A stretch of 64,000 nucleotides of DNA, taken from contig BDTD01000009.1 in NCBI GenBank assembly GCA_002897635.1, forward strand, positions 54,754 through 118,753. The letters are read 5' to 3'. Below the pieces are notes generated by a model. It searched no databases and was not told the origin of the DNA. It worked only from the letters and a program-made list of their open reading frames with translations. The position numbers and the translations under genes were made by a program. How positions within the stretch are numbered: position 1 is the stretch's first letter; every line of letters starts with the position of its first letter. Below are positions 51,091 to 62,528 of this stretch, piece after piece. Source of the stretch: a bacterium BMS3Abin11 (GTDB taxonomy: Bacteria > Pseudomonadota > Gammaproteobacteria > BMS3Bbin11).

Positions 51091-51372
51091 ATGAAATTGA
51101 GTGAATCGGTAAAACCCATCAGCTACTTGAAAAGCCACACCGCCGAGGTTCTGCGGGACGTCAGCGAGGGGCAACGTACCATGGTGATCACACAACACGG
51201 CGAAGCCAGGGCAGTGCTCCAGGACATTGCCAGTTATGAACAAACCCAGGAATCTCTGGCGCTGCTCAAGATGCTGGCCCAAAGTTCCAAAAGTATTCAG
51301 GAAGGCCGCAGCAAACCCATCAAAAAAGCCTTTGCAGATGTTCGCAAACATATTCGGGAAATCACTGAGTGA
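51091..51372 (+). CDS. type II antitoxin, Phd/YefM family
   Basis: 93 aa with a YefM/Phd-like N-terminus (MKLSESVKPISYLKSHTAEVLRDV...TQHGEARAVL). Overlaps the downstream toxin gene by 4 nt. Confidence 0.8.
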   Translation: MKLSESVKPISYLKSHTAEVLRDVSEGQRTMVITQHGEARAVLQDIASYEQTQESLALLKMLAQSSKSIQEGRSKPIKKAFADVRKHIREITE

Positions 51373-51695
51373 AACGCTATCGTGTCCGGCTTACCGAGGA
51401 TGCAGAGCAGGATCTGATCGACATCTACCACTACATTGCGTTCCATGACTCCGTGGAGAACGCAGATTATGTACTGGATCAGCTGGAATCACTCTGCTCG
51501 CGGCTTACCGATCTGTCCGAGCGGGGCCACGTTCCGCCCGAGCTGGTTCGAATCGGAGTAACAAACTATAAAGAGGTCAACTTCAAGCCGTATCGTGTTA
51601 TCTACGAAGTGATCCGGCAGGATGTTTTCATTCATTGCATCCTGGATGGCCGCAGGGATATGCCATCATTACTCGAGCGACGCCTGATTCGTTAG
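51369..51695 (+). CDS. type II toxin, RelE/ParE family
   Basis: 108 aa, ParE-like fold signature (RVRLTEDAEQDL..., RELRIGNYRVIY-type motif YRVIYEV). Confidence 0.75.
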   Translation: MKRYRVRLTEDAEQDLIDIYHYIAFHDSVENADYVLDQLESLCSRLTDLSERGHVPPELVRIGVTNYKEVNFKPYRVIYEVIRQDVFIHCILDGRRDMPSLLERRLIR

Positions 51696-51759
51696 AATTG
51701 TCCCTGGAAAAACCCACCCATGGTTTACCGACAAACCAATCATTGCCTGCCAGTACAGT

Positions 51760-53337
51760 TCACTCCCATTCAATAGTGGCAGGAGGTTTATCTGAAATGT
51801 CATAACTAACACGGGCGATACCATCGATTTCGTTAATAATTCGACGGGACACCAGATCAAGAAAATCGTAAGGCAGATGTGCCCAACGTGCTGTCATGAA
51901 ATCGATGGTTTCTACAGCTCTGAGAGCAACAACATACTGATATCGACGGTTATCACCGACTACGCCTACAGATTTGACTGGTAAAAAGACCGTGAATGCC
52001 TGTGATACCTTGTCATAGAGGTCATGGTTATAAAGTTCTTCGATAAATATATAGTCTGCCCGGCGCAGAAGTTCTGCAAATTCCTTTTTTACTTCTCCGA
52101 GTATACGCACACCCAGTCCGGGACCGGGGAATGGATGCCGAAAGACCATCTCGGTGGGCAAACCCAGCTCGACACCCAGTTTACGTACTTCGTCCTTGAA
52201 CAGCTCTCTTAGTGGTTCGAGCAATTCAAGGTTCATATCATCCGGCAGGCCGCCGACATTATGATGTGACTTGATTACTTTGGCCTTTCCCGTTTTTGAA
52301 CCTGCAGACTCAATAACATCGGGGTAGATTGTCCCCTGGGCAAGCCACTTAACATTCCTTAACTTACTGGCTTCTTCATCAAACACCTCAATAAAGGTGT
52401 GACCGATGATTTTTCGCTTTTTTTCCGGGTCGGCTTCACCTGCCAGGCCACTCAGAAACCGCTCCTCGGCATCAACACGAATCACCCGCACACCCATATG
52501 CTCGGCAAAAGTGGCTATCACCTGATCACCTTCATTTAGGCGTAGTAGTCCGTTATCGACAAAAACGCAGGTCAGCCTGTCGCCTATAGCCTTGTGTAAT
52601 AGGGCGGCAACTACTGAGGAATCAACACCACCAGAAAGACCAAGCAGAACTTCATCATCACCAACCTGGCGACGTATGTTTTCGATGCTGTCCTGTACAA
52701 TATTCGCCGGGTTCCATAATGCCTCGCAGCCACAGATATCGTGCACAAAACGGGCAAGTATACGACTACCCTGTTGAGTATGAGTCACTTCAGGATGGAA
52801 TTGCACACCATAGTAATGACGTGATTCATCTGCCATCCCTGCCAGCGGAGCACTATCCGTAGTAGCAATGACTGAAAACCCTGGGGGTAGTCTGGAAACC
52901 CGATCACCATGACTCATCCAGACATCCAGCAAACCATAGCCTTCTTCCGAAGTATGATCTTCAATATCTTTGAGTAGCTGAGAGTGACCACGCGCCCGTA
53001 TCTGGGCATAGCCATATTCATGATGAGATGAGCTTTCCACTTCTCCACCCAGTTGAGCCGCCATGGTCTGCATGCCATAGCAAATACCCAGTACTGGCAT
53101 GCAGGAATCAAATACCAGTTGACTGATCTTAGGTGTATCGCCTTCAATAACACTCTCCGGCCCACCAGACAAAATATATCCCTTAGCGGCAAACTCTTTT
53201 ATATGAATCTCATCAACATCGTAGGGAAAAATTTCGCAATAAACACCTGCCTCCCTGACTCGCCTGGCAATTAACTGCGTATATTGAGAACCAAAATCGA
53301 GAATAAGAATCCTGTCGGAATGGATATTGTTACTCAT
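51760..53337 (-). CDS. guaA: GMP synthase (glutamine-hydrolysing)
   Basis: [20 protein letters not shown], a GATase Cys-His-Glu triad region, PP-loop SGGVDSSV, 525 aa. Confidence 0.95.
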   Translation of the reverse strand: MSNNIHSDRILILDFGSQYTQLIARRVREAGVYCEIFPYDVDEIHIKEFAAKGYILSGGPESVIEGDTPKISQLVFDSCMPVLGICYGMQTMAAQLGGEVESSSHHEYGYAQIRARGHSQLLKDIEDHTSEEGYGLLDVWMSHGDRVSRLPPGFSVIATTDSAPLAGMADESRHYYGVQFHPEVTHTQQGSRILARFVHDICGCEALWNPANIVQDSIENIRRQVGDDEVLLGLSGGVDSSVVAALLHKAIGDRLTCVFVDNGLLRLNEGDQVIATFAEHMGVRVIRVDAEERFLSGLAGEADPEKKRKIIGHTFIEVFDEEASKLRNVKWLAQGTIYPDVIESAGSKTGKAKVIKSHHNVGGLPDDMNLELLEPLRELFKDEVRKLGVELGLPTEMVFRHPFPGPGLGVRILGEVKKEFAELLRRADYIFIEELYNHDLYDKVSQAFTVFLPVKSVGVVGDNRRYQYVVALRAVETIDFMTARWAHLPYDFLDLVSRRIINEIDGIARVSYDISDKPPATIEWE

Positions 53338-53380
53338 GATTCAGGTATATCTGGAAGGCGGCATTATGATGATGGAAGTA

Positions 53381-54940
<1,560 letters not shown>

Positions 54941-55021
54941 TTACTTGACTGGAGACACATTATTGTTGATTATTAGTGTACATAAATATAAATTTTGAAC
55001 CAATTGAGAGGATTCCTGATT

Positions 55022-55342
55022 ATGAAGAAAATTTTACTTGCAGCCTTTGTCACGTCTGTTTTCGCTGTTAGTGCATGCGCCTCGCCTGGAACTAGTGCCA
55101 AAGCTCCTGATGATGGCTGGGCCAAACAGGTCGCTACAGCTAAAGCTGGAATCAAAGCACTTAAGAAAGAGGACGCACTGTGGCGCGATACGCATAAATT
55201 CCTTAAAAAGGCACAAAAGGCATACAAGGCTGGTGACAAGAAAAAAGCCAATAAGCTAATGAAAAAGGTCAACAGCCAGATAAAATTAGCGGGCCTTCAG
55301 CATGAGAGTCAGAAAAATGCCACGGTTCACATACCTCAGTAG
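55022..55342 (+). CDS. small Lys-rich lipoprotein
   Basis: MKKILLAAFVTSVFAVSAC lipobox (VSAC) after a GAGGA RBS. 106 aa. Terminator immediately downstream. Confidence 0.5.
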   Translation: MKKILLAAFVTSVFAVSACASPGTSAKAPDDGWAKQVATAKAGIKALKKEDALWRDTHKFLKKAQKAYKAGDKKKANKLMKKVNSQIKLAGLQHESQKNATVHIPQ

Positions 55343-55378
55343 TAGTGACCTGTAAGTTACTTTAAAATTTTTCAACTA

Positions 55379-55403
55379 AGCCGGGCAACGCCCGGCTTTT
55401 TTG
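55379..55403 (+). terminator. rho-independent terminator
   Basis: AGCCGGGCAACGCCCGGCTTTTTT. Confidence 0.7.
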
Positions 55404-55434
55404 TTCTTCCATTTCACTTTCGCTCCCTGCTGCT

Positions 55435-56910
55435 ATGCATACTGGCAAGACTATCTATACGGTTTCACTGCTGACAAAAGAAGTTAAAAGGCTGCTGGAA
55501 GCCAGCTATACTAATATTCAGGTAGAAGGAGAAATATCCGGACTCACCCGACCTGCATCCGGTCACCAGTACTTCAATTTAAAAGATGAGAATGCACAGT
55601 TGCGGTGTGTATTTTTCAAAAATAGTGCACGTCTTTCACCTGTTAATCTGGCAAATGGCATGCATGTGATACTCTCGGCCAGAGTGAGCCTTTATGAACA
55701 ACGCGGTGATTTTCAGCTCATCGTACAGGCCGCAGTTGATGCGGGAGAAGGCCTGCTCAGAAAAAAATTCGAACAATTAAAGGCACGACTTGGCGCAGAA
55801 GGATTGTTCGAACTTACAACAAAAAATACTTTGCCGTCCTTACCAAATCGAGTAGGTATCATTACCTCAGCGACTGGCGCAGCAATCCATGACATTATCT
55901 CGGTCTTTAAACGACGCTACCCGGCAATACAATTATTGATTTACCCATCCATGGTACAGGGTGAGCTCGCCGCCGAATCTCTGGTGACAGCAATCAACAC
56001 TGCCAATACTCGCAGAGAGTGTGATGTACTTATTCTTGCTCGTGGAGGTGGGTCCCTGGAAGATCTGTGGCCATTTAATGAAGAAATTGTTGCCAGGGCT
56101 ATCTACCACTGCAAAATACCGCTGGTTTCTGCAGTCGGCCATGAATCAGATTTCACTATTAGTGATCTTGTTGCAGATATTCGCACTGCCACCCCAACAG
56201 CCGCAGCGGAAATGTTATCGCCTGACCTGGAACAATTATCAAAGGTCTATACTAGTCTGCATACAAGACTAACAAATGCATTAAACCGTCACCACGAGGC
56301 CGCAAACCAGCAATTTGACCACTTACACTTACGACTAAATGTATTCAAGCAGCAAACCGATCGTGCCGGATACCGCTACAGCATTTTATCAAAGAGATTT
56401 TCCAGGCTTTCTGCTCCACTAATAAAAGAACGACAGCATCAACTTATCGCATTGGCTACTCGCATTCATCGACCAGACAGTTCGCTGGGGCAATATTCTC
56501 AGCACCGTCTTAATCTTGAACTGCGGCTGGATAGAGCAATAAAAAGCCATATTTCATCTTCATTGTTCTCTTATATTAGTCAGAACAAACGACTATCACA
56601 TCACCTCCCGGAAAATATTGTGCAACATAAATCTATCTACCATGGTGCTGTCAGTAAGCGCTTATGGGCTAAAATACCAGAGTTGTTGCAGCATAGGCGC
56701 AGTCAATTGGAGAGCAAAGTATTTGCATTACAGGCACTAAGCCCATTGCAAACCCTTGCGCGAGGCTTTGCTACATTACAAATACTCGGAGAACAAAAAA
56801 TTGTGAGTTCAGTAAATCAGGTGAAAGTGGGTGATGAACTGCAGGCAAATCTACAGGATGGCTATATACACTGTAAAATTAATAAGGTTCAAAGAGCTAT
56901 CTATGACTAA
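55435..56910 (+). CDS. xseA: exodeoxyribonuclease VII large subunit
   Basis: N-terminal OB-fold (VSLLTKEVKRLLE...IQVEGEISGL...SGHQYFNLKD), 491 aa. Divergent from guaBA as in E. coli. Confidence 0.9.
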   Translation: MHTGKTIYTVSLLTKEVKRLLEASYTNIQVEGEISGLTRPASGHQYFNLKDENAQLRCVFFKNSARLSPVNLANGMHVILSARVSLYEQRGDFQLIVQAAVDAGEGLLRKKFEQLKARLGAEGLFELTTKNTLPSLPNRVGIITSATGAAIHDIISVFKRRYPAIQLLIYPSMVQGELAAESLVTAINTANTRRECDVLILARGGGSLEDLWPFNEEIVARAIYHCKIPLVSAVGHESDFTISDLVADIRTATPTAAAEMLSPDLEQLSKVYTSLHTRLTNALNRHHEAANQQFDHLHLRLNVFKQQTDRAGYRYSILSKRFSRLSAPLIKERQHQLIALATRIHRPDSSLGQYSQHRLNLELRLDRAIKSHISSSLFSYISQNKRLSHHLPENIVQHKSIYHGAVSKRLWAKIPELLQHRRSQLESKVFALQALSPLQTLARGFATLQILGEQKIVSSVNQVKVGDELQANLQDGYIHCKINKVQRAIYD

Positions 56911-57769
56911 ACAAAGCAAGTTCAGACTTTTCGTCTATTCAGTTACAACGCTGCTATTCTACTCAGTATCCGGGTTTTTACCTGTAAGTGCATTCACTGA
57001 ATCTTCTGTACCCGGCGGAGTAACTATCGTTAACCTGGGATCGGCGTCAGAACCAAGGCCTCAGGCCCGCTTCGGCTCAAAAAAAATCATGGTCATTCAA
57101 CGGGATGGAAAATGGAAGGGCCTGGTCGGCCTTTCCCTCAAAACACTGCCGGGAGATTACATCGTCAGTTATAAGGCAGGGGAAAAAAGCAGTTCTGATA
57201 ATGAGATATCCATTAAAGTACAGCCTAAGACGTACCCGGAACAACGAATTAAAATGAAACAGAAAAAATACGTTTCGCCGAACGAGGAACAACTCGCACG
57301 AATAAAAAAAGAAAACAAACATATGGGCAAGTTGTTTAAAATCTGGCGGGATACAGATGTCTCGGTCGATCTAAGCTGGCCAGTCAATGGGCCTGTAAGC
57401 AGTCCTTTTGGTCTAAGGCGATTCTTTAATGATCAACCTCGCAACCCCCATAGTGGCATTGATATCGCAGCGCCGGAAGGCACAGACATTAAATTGCCTT
57501 CAGACGGCACCATCATTGATACAGGAAATTATTACTTCAATGGAAAAACAGTTTTTGTTGATCATGGCCAGGGTATGATCAGCATGTTCAATCATATGAG
57601 CAAAATTACGGTAAAGGCAGGCGACAAGCTAAAACGTGGCGACAAAATTGGCGAAGTTGGCCAAACAGGAAGAGTCACGGGGCCACATTTGCACTGGAGT
57701 CTCAATTTAAACCAGGCCAGAGTAAATCCGATGTTATTCCTGCCGGAGAAGAAAAAAGGGAAGTTTTAG
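56903..57769 (+). CDS. M23 family metallopeptidase (murein endopeptidase-like)
   Basis: HxGxD (HSGIDIAAPEGT) and HLH (GPHLHWS) M23 motifs, an N-terminal TM/signal. The start overlaps the xseA stop. Contains an A8 tract. Confidence 0.8.
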   Translation: MTKQSKFRLFVYSVTTLLFYSVSGFLPVSAFTESSVPGGVTIVNLGSASEPRPQARFGSKKIMVIQRDGKWKGLVGLSLKTLPGDYIVSYKAGEKSSSDNEISIKVQPKTYPEQRIKMKQKKYVSPNEEQLARIKKENKHMGKLFKIWRDTDVSVDLSWPVNGPVSSPFGLRRFFNDQPRNPHSGIDIAAPEGTDIKLPSDGTIIDTGNYYFNGKTVFVDHGQGMISMFNHMSKITVKAGDKLKRGDKIGEVGQTGRVTGPHLHWSLNLNQARVNPMLFLPEKKKGKF

Positions 57770-57774
57770 GTATT

Positions 57775-57830
57775 ATGATTTACGGTTTACGGTTTACGTA
57801 AAACCTAATATGTAAATCGTAAAACGTGTT
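57775..57830. repeat. family C palindromic repeat copy 2 with TTTACGG tandem units
   Basis: TTTACGGTTTACGGTTTACGTAAAACCTAATATGTAAATCGTAAAACG lies between convergent genes. Related to 17262-17307. Confidence 0.5.
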
Positions 57831-57831
57831 T

Positions 57832-59004
57832 TTAAATCGTGGTGCTCATTTCTGCCTCAGCAGAAACCTTGGCAACCAGGAGATCCTGTGAAATATCTCT
57901 CCAGTTGCTATCACTTTGGTCAATCAACTCAGACAGCTTCTTGCTGAGCTTTTGATATTTTAGTTCACTTTCTTCACGCACCATATTGGCTGCTACTTCG
58001 AGGAAGTTAATTACAGCTTCCAGCTTTTTCAGCTTTTCACGCTTGTCCCTGATATCATAGTCTTCATTTTTATCCTCGAAATACTGCTGTGAATTCGTTG
58101 ACATCATCGTGACGGCTTTCTTAAAGCTATTGAAATCAAGCCGAAACATCCCGTAGGCACGCTGATATAGCTTGAAGTAGTCCATCAAGAAGTCTTTTAT
58201 TTTAGCCAGACGACGGTGCTTCTTAAGTGCCGCCACAAAAAGTGTGAATACATCATCGTAATCTTCCCTGATCAATACATCTCTCTCTTTCACTTCTCGC
58301 ATAGTCGGATTCATGGCTTGCTGACACATTGTATTGATTTCTTCCAACAGCTCATCGATTTCTCTTTCCTTTAGTTTAGCTTCGCGCTGAACCATGGAAA
58401 GATTATTTCTTGCTTCTGCATGGTCAAATGTCTGAATAACCTCATCCTTGATGGTTGATTCTATTTCTGACTGTGGGTCATTCCCAAGTGTGCCTGCCAG
58501 TCTCTTCTTCAGCCTGACACTTGCTTCCTTGGCAATCCGATATTCATTTGCTCGTCTGGACTCTACTTCCTTAATTTCCAGAAACTCCGCCATACCGCTA
58601 TTGAATGTTTTTACCTTGAGCAAAAATTGATGGGTAAAGTTCATAAAAGGGGTAAAAAAATCGGCGCTTTCCTGAGGCGTCACTTTGAGGCGATCAAAAT
58701 AACTGCGCAAGTAGGAAACTTTTCGAGCAATAATTTCTGTACTACTTTGAATTCGTGTGCTTATTTTTGATAAATCACTAAAAGCAGTGTGCATTTCTTC
58801 ATTGAAACGCAGAATCTCAATAAGCTTGCGCAACATTGTTTCTTCGCCGCTGGTACGAAGGAATAATGCCTGCAGGCTCTGTTTTGCATCACGCATCTGG
58901 GACTGTGACAGAAGATTATTCTGTTCTGTGTACAGAAGTGCTGTCATAACGATCAGCATTTCCTTCTGTTTTTCCCCGATTGATGTATTTCCTATCTGAT
59001 CCAT
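57832..59004 (-). CDS. hypothetical all-alpha-helical, highly charged protein (no recognisable family)
   Basis: 390-405 aa, start uncertain (ATG at 59004 or TTG at 59049). Predicted all-helical, K/E-rich, coiled-coil-like segments. No catalytic motif or TM segment seen. AT-rich. Confidence 0.5.
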   Translation of the reverse strand: MDQIGNTSIGEKQKEMLIVMTALLYTEQNNLLSQSQMRDAKQSLQALFLRTSGEETMLRKLIEILRFNEEMHTAFSDLSKISTRIQSSTEIIARKVSYLRSYFDRLKVTPQESADFFTPFMNFTHQFLLKVKTFNSGMAEFLEIKEVESRRANEYRIAKEASVRLKKRLAGTLGNDPQSEIESTIKDEVIQTFDHAEARNNLSMVQREAKLKEREIDELLEEINTMCQQAMNPTMREVKERDVLIREDYDDVFTLFVAALKKHRRLAKIKDFLMDYFKLYQRAYGMFRLDFNSFKKAVTMMSTNSQQYFEDKNEDYDIRDKREKLKKLEAVINFLEVAANMVREESELKYQKLSKKLSELIDQSDSNWRDISQDLLVAKVSAEAEMSTTI

Positions 59005-59066
59005 TGCTATTTCGATGAAATTATCTTCAAATAAACTACCCCGCAGCAAGCTGACGGGGTATTAAA

Positions 59067-59137
59067 TGTAGGTGCGAATTCATTCGCACAGCGATGCCAA
59101 TGTTTATGCACATTGTGCGAATGAATTCGCACCTACA
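59067..59137. repeat. palindromic repeat family B copy 2
   Basis: TGTAGGTGCGAATTCATTCGCACA at 59067-59090 and its complement at 59114-59137. Arms are identical to copy 1 but the loop differs. Confidence 0.75.
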
Positions 59138-59327
59138 GTTTTCGTGGCAAGCCACGGGGAATTATGCCCATAGGGATTAATGTCTCTTTATCTGACATCG
59201 TGCTAGCACATTAGTGTTATCTTATGTATAAATAGCGCCATACTAGTAAAGAATTTAGTTGACTGGGGTTTGAATGTCAATCTGTTAAAATATTTCCATA
59301 AATAAATTAATCACTTCCATTGTCTAT

Positions 59328-60680
59328 TTAATGTTTTTTCCCAGGCTTTTTACTCCTTCCTGACGACCGCCTTTCATATGGGTTGACCCCCGCCCTCATT
59401 TCAAGACGAATTGGGGTACCCTGCAATTTGGCTGCTTTTCTGAAGGTGTTTATCAGATACCGCCGATATGAGCCCGGTAATTTATTTAGTTGATTGCCAT
59501 GTATCACAATAACAGGTGGGTTATGCCCTCCCTGGTGGGCAAATTTTGGTTTCATACGCCGGCCAGAGATCATTGGAGGAGGTGTTTTCTCAATAGCCTT
59601 TTCCATAATGCGAGTAAGAAAAGAGGTGGGAAGATCCTTCATTGCTGCGTCATAGGCACGTTCCACTGCTGGGAAAATATTTCCTACGGCAGTACCGTGC
59701 AATGCAGAGATATAGATAAGTTCAGCAAACTGAAGAAAAATCAGTTTGCGATTGATGTCATCTTTTATTCTGAGCCGCTTATCAGGGCTTAATCCATCCC
59801 ACTTATTGACAATTACAACCATTGCCTTCCCCTGCTCAATGGCGTAGCTTGCAAGGGTAGCATCCTGATCTGAGATTTCCCGTTGTGCATCAAGCATCAT
59901 CAGTACGACATTCGCCTGATCTATCGCCTGCAATGTCTTTATTACAGAAAACTTCTCTATTTTTTCATCAACCTTACCTCGCCTTCTCACACCGGCGGTG
60001 TCTATCAATGTATAGTCTTTACCCTCTCTCTCAAAAGGAATCCTTATGCTGTCTCGTGTAGTACCGGGCCGGTCAAAAACAACAACGCGCTGTTCACCTA
60101 ACAAAGCATTTATGAGTGTGGATTTTCCTGCATTCGGTCGACCGATTACTGCTATAACAGGCCCTGAACCCTCGTCTTTATCTGACGATTCTGGAAAACC
60201 ACCCAGCACTTTTGACATCAGGACTGAAACGCCATGCCCATGTGCAGAAGATATCGGCAGGGGTTCACCCAGGCCCAGAGCATAAAAGTCTGACATCAGC
60301 TGGTCAGTATCCAGGCCTTCTGTTTTGTTCACAGCAAGGCTTACACGTTTGTCGAGCTTTCTCAGACGAACCAGGATGCGATCGTCAAGTGACGATAAAC
60401 CCGCACGACCGTCAACGATGAATATTATGGCGTCTGCCTCATCAGCGGCATCCCACGACTGTTTTGACATTATGGATTGTAAGGGGTCAGTGCCATCATC
60501 AAGGCCACCTGTATCAATTATGATAAAGGACCTGTCATGATACCGTGCATTGCCATAAATACGATCACGCGTGATCCCCGGCTGATCGTCGACCAGGGCA
60601 TCCCGACTACGGGTCATGCGATTAAATAATGTAGATTTCCCTACATTTGGTTGCCCTACAAGGGCAATTACAGGTTTCAT
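59328..60680 (-). CDS. der: ribosome-associated GTPase Der (EngA)
   Basis: Two tandem GTPase domains (GQPNVGKST, GRPNAGKST), a KH-like C-terminus, a basic tail. Confidence 0.95.
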   Translation of the reverse strand: MKPVIALVGQPNVGKSTLFNRMTRSRDALVDDQPGITRDRIYGNARYHDRSFIIIDTGGLDDGTDPLQSIMSKQSWDAADEADAIIFIVDGRAGLSSLDDRILVRLRKLDKRVSLAVNKTEGLDTDQLMSDFYALGLGEPLPISSAHGHGVSVLMSKVLGGFPESSDKDEGSGPVIAVIGRPNAGKSTLINALLGEQRVVVFDRPGTTRDSIRIPFEREGKDYTLIDTAGVRRRGKVDEKIEKFSVIKTLQAIDQANVVLMMLDAQREISDQDATLASYAIEQGKAMVVIVNKWDGLSPDKRLRIKDDINRKLIFLQFAELIYISALHGTAVGNIFPAVERAYDAAMKDLPTSFLTRIMEKAIEKTPPPMISGRRMKPKFAHQGGHNPPVIVIHGNQLNKLPGSYRRYLINTFRKAAKLQGTPIRLEMRAGVNPYERRSSGRSKKPGKKH

Positions 60681-60716
60681 AGCTAATTATTGCGGGTATT
60701 TTCGTAGCGATTCCGG

Positions 60717-61880
60717 CTATTCTGTCAACTTCCAGGCATAAACATCACCATCTACAGTCTGAATCCAGGCAGAAAGTCCCCGGGTAACCGGTTGTGCAAG
60801 TAATTCACTGCCGACCTTTGCCCGACCCACGATTTCTCCTGTGCTGGCCTCAAGTACGTGTAGATAACCACTTTTATCTCCAATCAGTATATAGCTACCC
60901 ATTACAGCTGGCGGCGTCAGGCCTCTGTTAGTTAATTTATCCTGCTCCCAGACAGTCTTACCCGTTTTCTGGTCAACTGCGAAAATAACATCTCCTTCAC
61001 CTATTATGTAAAGGTTCTTATCATCTGCATCCATATCTTTGTTAGTAGATATTTTATTTTCCCAGATCATCCTCGCAGAAGGCGCATTGATAGCAATAAC
61101 TCTTGATTGATAGGCTGCCGTATAAACCGTATCGTTAATTATAATAGGTCTTGCATCAACATCTGCCAGCCTTTCAATCTCTGTTTTACCAACAGCATCC
61201 CCTACCCGTACTTCCCAGAGTCTTTGTCCATTATCAAGCCGTATCAACATCATCTTGCCGTTATCAAAACCTGCAAAAACAACATCACTAACGACCAGAG
61301 GGCGACCTCTACCACGCAGCAGTAGACGTGGCGTAGACTCCTGCAAAGTCCAGACCGGTGAACCATCTGTAGCAGATAAGCCGACCAGTCGATCGCCTGA
61401 CGTTGGCACAACAACTATATTCTGTCCACCTTCCGGGCTGGCAAGCACGCCACCCTTTACTTCACCTACCCACGCTGGATTCCCATTACTGGCATACAAT
61501 GCGACAACTTCACCATTCTCAGTTCCAGCAAGCACAAGTCCGTTACCGTATCCAACACCGGCAGACAGTGCCAATTTTAGCTTTCTGCTCCAAAACTGCT
61601 TTCCTGTATCTGCATCAAATGCAGTAATTTCGCCTTCTGAGGATGCGGTATATAGGGTTCTATCGACAAGTATTGGCTGAATCTGCTTATTATTTTTTTT
61701 AATTTTTCCACTGGAAGCCCTCCATACCCGTTGTAATTTCACCTTTTCGACAAATGATTCCAGCTTTGCAGGTTCTGCCTCATTATCCCCTTTCCCCATG
61801 CCGGGGATCACTCCTTTGATAGTTGAGCATCCAGCAAGAAAAATCAAAACAGAGATGAGTATGAGAATTTTTGCTTTCAT
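60717..61880 (-). CDS. bamB: outer membrane protein assembly factor BamB
   Basis: Lipobox LAGCST, PQQ-like beta-propeller repeats, 387 aa. Sits in the der-bamB-yfgM-hisS order. Confidence 0.9.
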   Translation of the reverse strand: MKAKILILISVLIFLAGCSTIKGVIPGMGKGDNEAEPAKLESFVEKVKLQRVWRASSGKIKKNNKQIQPILVDRTLYTASSEGEITAFDADTGKQFWSRKLKLALSAGVGYGNGLVLAGTENGEVVALYASNGNPAWVGEVKGGVLASPEGGQNIVVVPTSGDRLVGLSATDGSPVWTLQESTPRLLLRGRGRPLVVSDVVFAGFDNGKMMLIRLDNGQRLWEVRVGDAVGKTEIERLADVDARPIIINDTVYTAAYQSRVIAINAPSARMIWENKISTNKDMDADDKNLYIIGEGDVIFAVDQKTGKTVWEQDKLTNRGLTPPAVMGSYILIGDKSGYLHVLEASTGEIVGRAKVGSELLAQPVTRGLSAWIQTVDGDVYAWKLTE

Positions 61881-62524
61881 GAACTAGTGTCCGTCGCAAT
61901 AGCATCCAGTTTCATCTTCAAGACCGGTTCATACATTGAGCCTGCAGACAGGCCGTCTATAGCAGCACGGTAAGCATCCCGAGCTTTATCTGCTTGCTTC
62001 AGGCGAAGATAAATATCTCCCCGCATCTCATAATAATGTGATTCAAAACCATCCATATGCTCTACGCTGAGCAATGCAAGAGATTCATCCAGTTTCCCAT
62101 CAATCATTAAAATGCTGGCAAGTCTTAACCTCGCTGTATGCACGGTTTCAAACTGACTGGAGTTATCTATCGCCCAGTTTAATTTTTCTTTGGCTCCCTC
62201 AATATCTTTGTTGTCATATGCAATACGTGCCAATATCAATGCAGCTTTACCAGAATAGGCTGTGTCAGCATAGTCATCGATTATTTGTTGGCCCGCATTA
62301 ATTGCCCGGGCAGTGATTCTGTTACCCTCAACATCATTTTTCTGCATTTCATAATAAAGCTGTGATGCGGCTTCAGCTCTGCCTGTTTTATACCCACCCC
62401 ACCAGTTAAAGCCGATAATAATGGATAGTCCCAGTACTACTCCCGTAATAATAGCCGCACGATTTTCCAGCCACCATTTTCTTGCTTTTTCCTGCTCATC
62501 GTCTTCTACAAGGTTAAGATCCAC
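61877..62524 (-). CDS. yfgM: YfgM-family tetratricopeptide-like membrane protein
   Basis: N-terminal TM (AAIITGVVLGLSIIIGF) then TPR-like helices. Conserved position between bamB and hisS. Confidence 0.75.
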   Translation of the reverse strand: MDLNLVEDDEQEKARKWWLENRAAIITGVVLGLSIIIGFNWWGGYKTGRAEAASQLYYEMQKNDVEGNRITARAINAGQQIIDDYADTAYSGKAALILARIAYDNKDIEGAKEKLNWAIDNSSQFETVHTARLRLASILMIDGKLDESLALLSVEHMDGFESHYYEMRGDIYLRLKQADKARDAYRAAIDGLSAGSMYEPVLKMKLDAIATDTSS

Positions 62525-62528
62525 TATT

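Noticed and set aside
55034-55259. Short ORFs overlapping the small lipoprotein gene
   Set aside because: The frame with the MKKILLAAF...VSAC lipobox and a good RBS is the coherent one. The others are shadows.
58448-58999. Two plus-strand ORFs (60 and 80 aa) inside the 405-aa orphan gene
   Set aside because: They are antisense to the longer continuous ORF and have no start signals.
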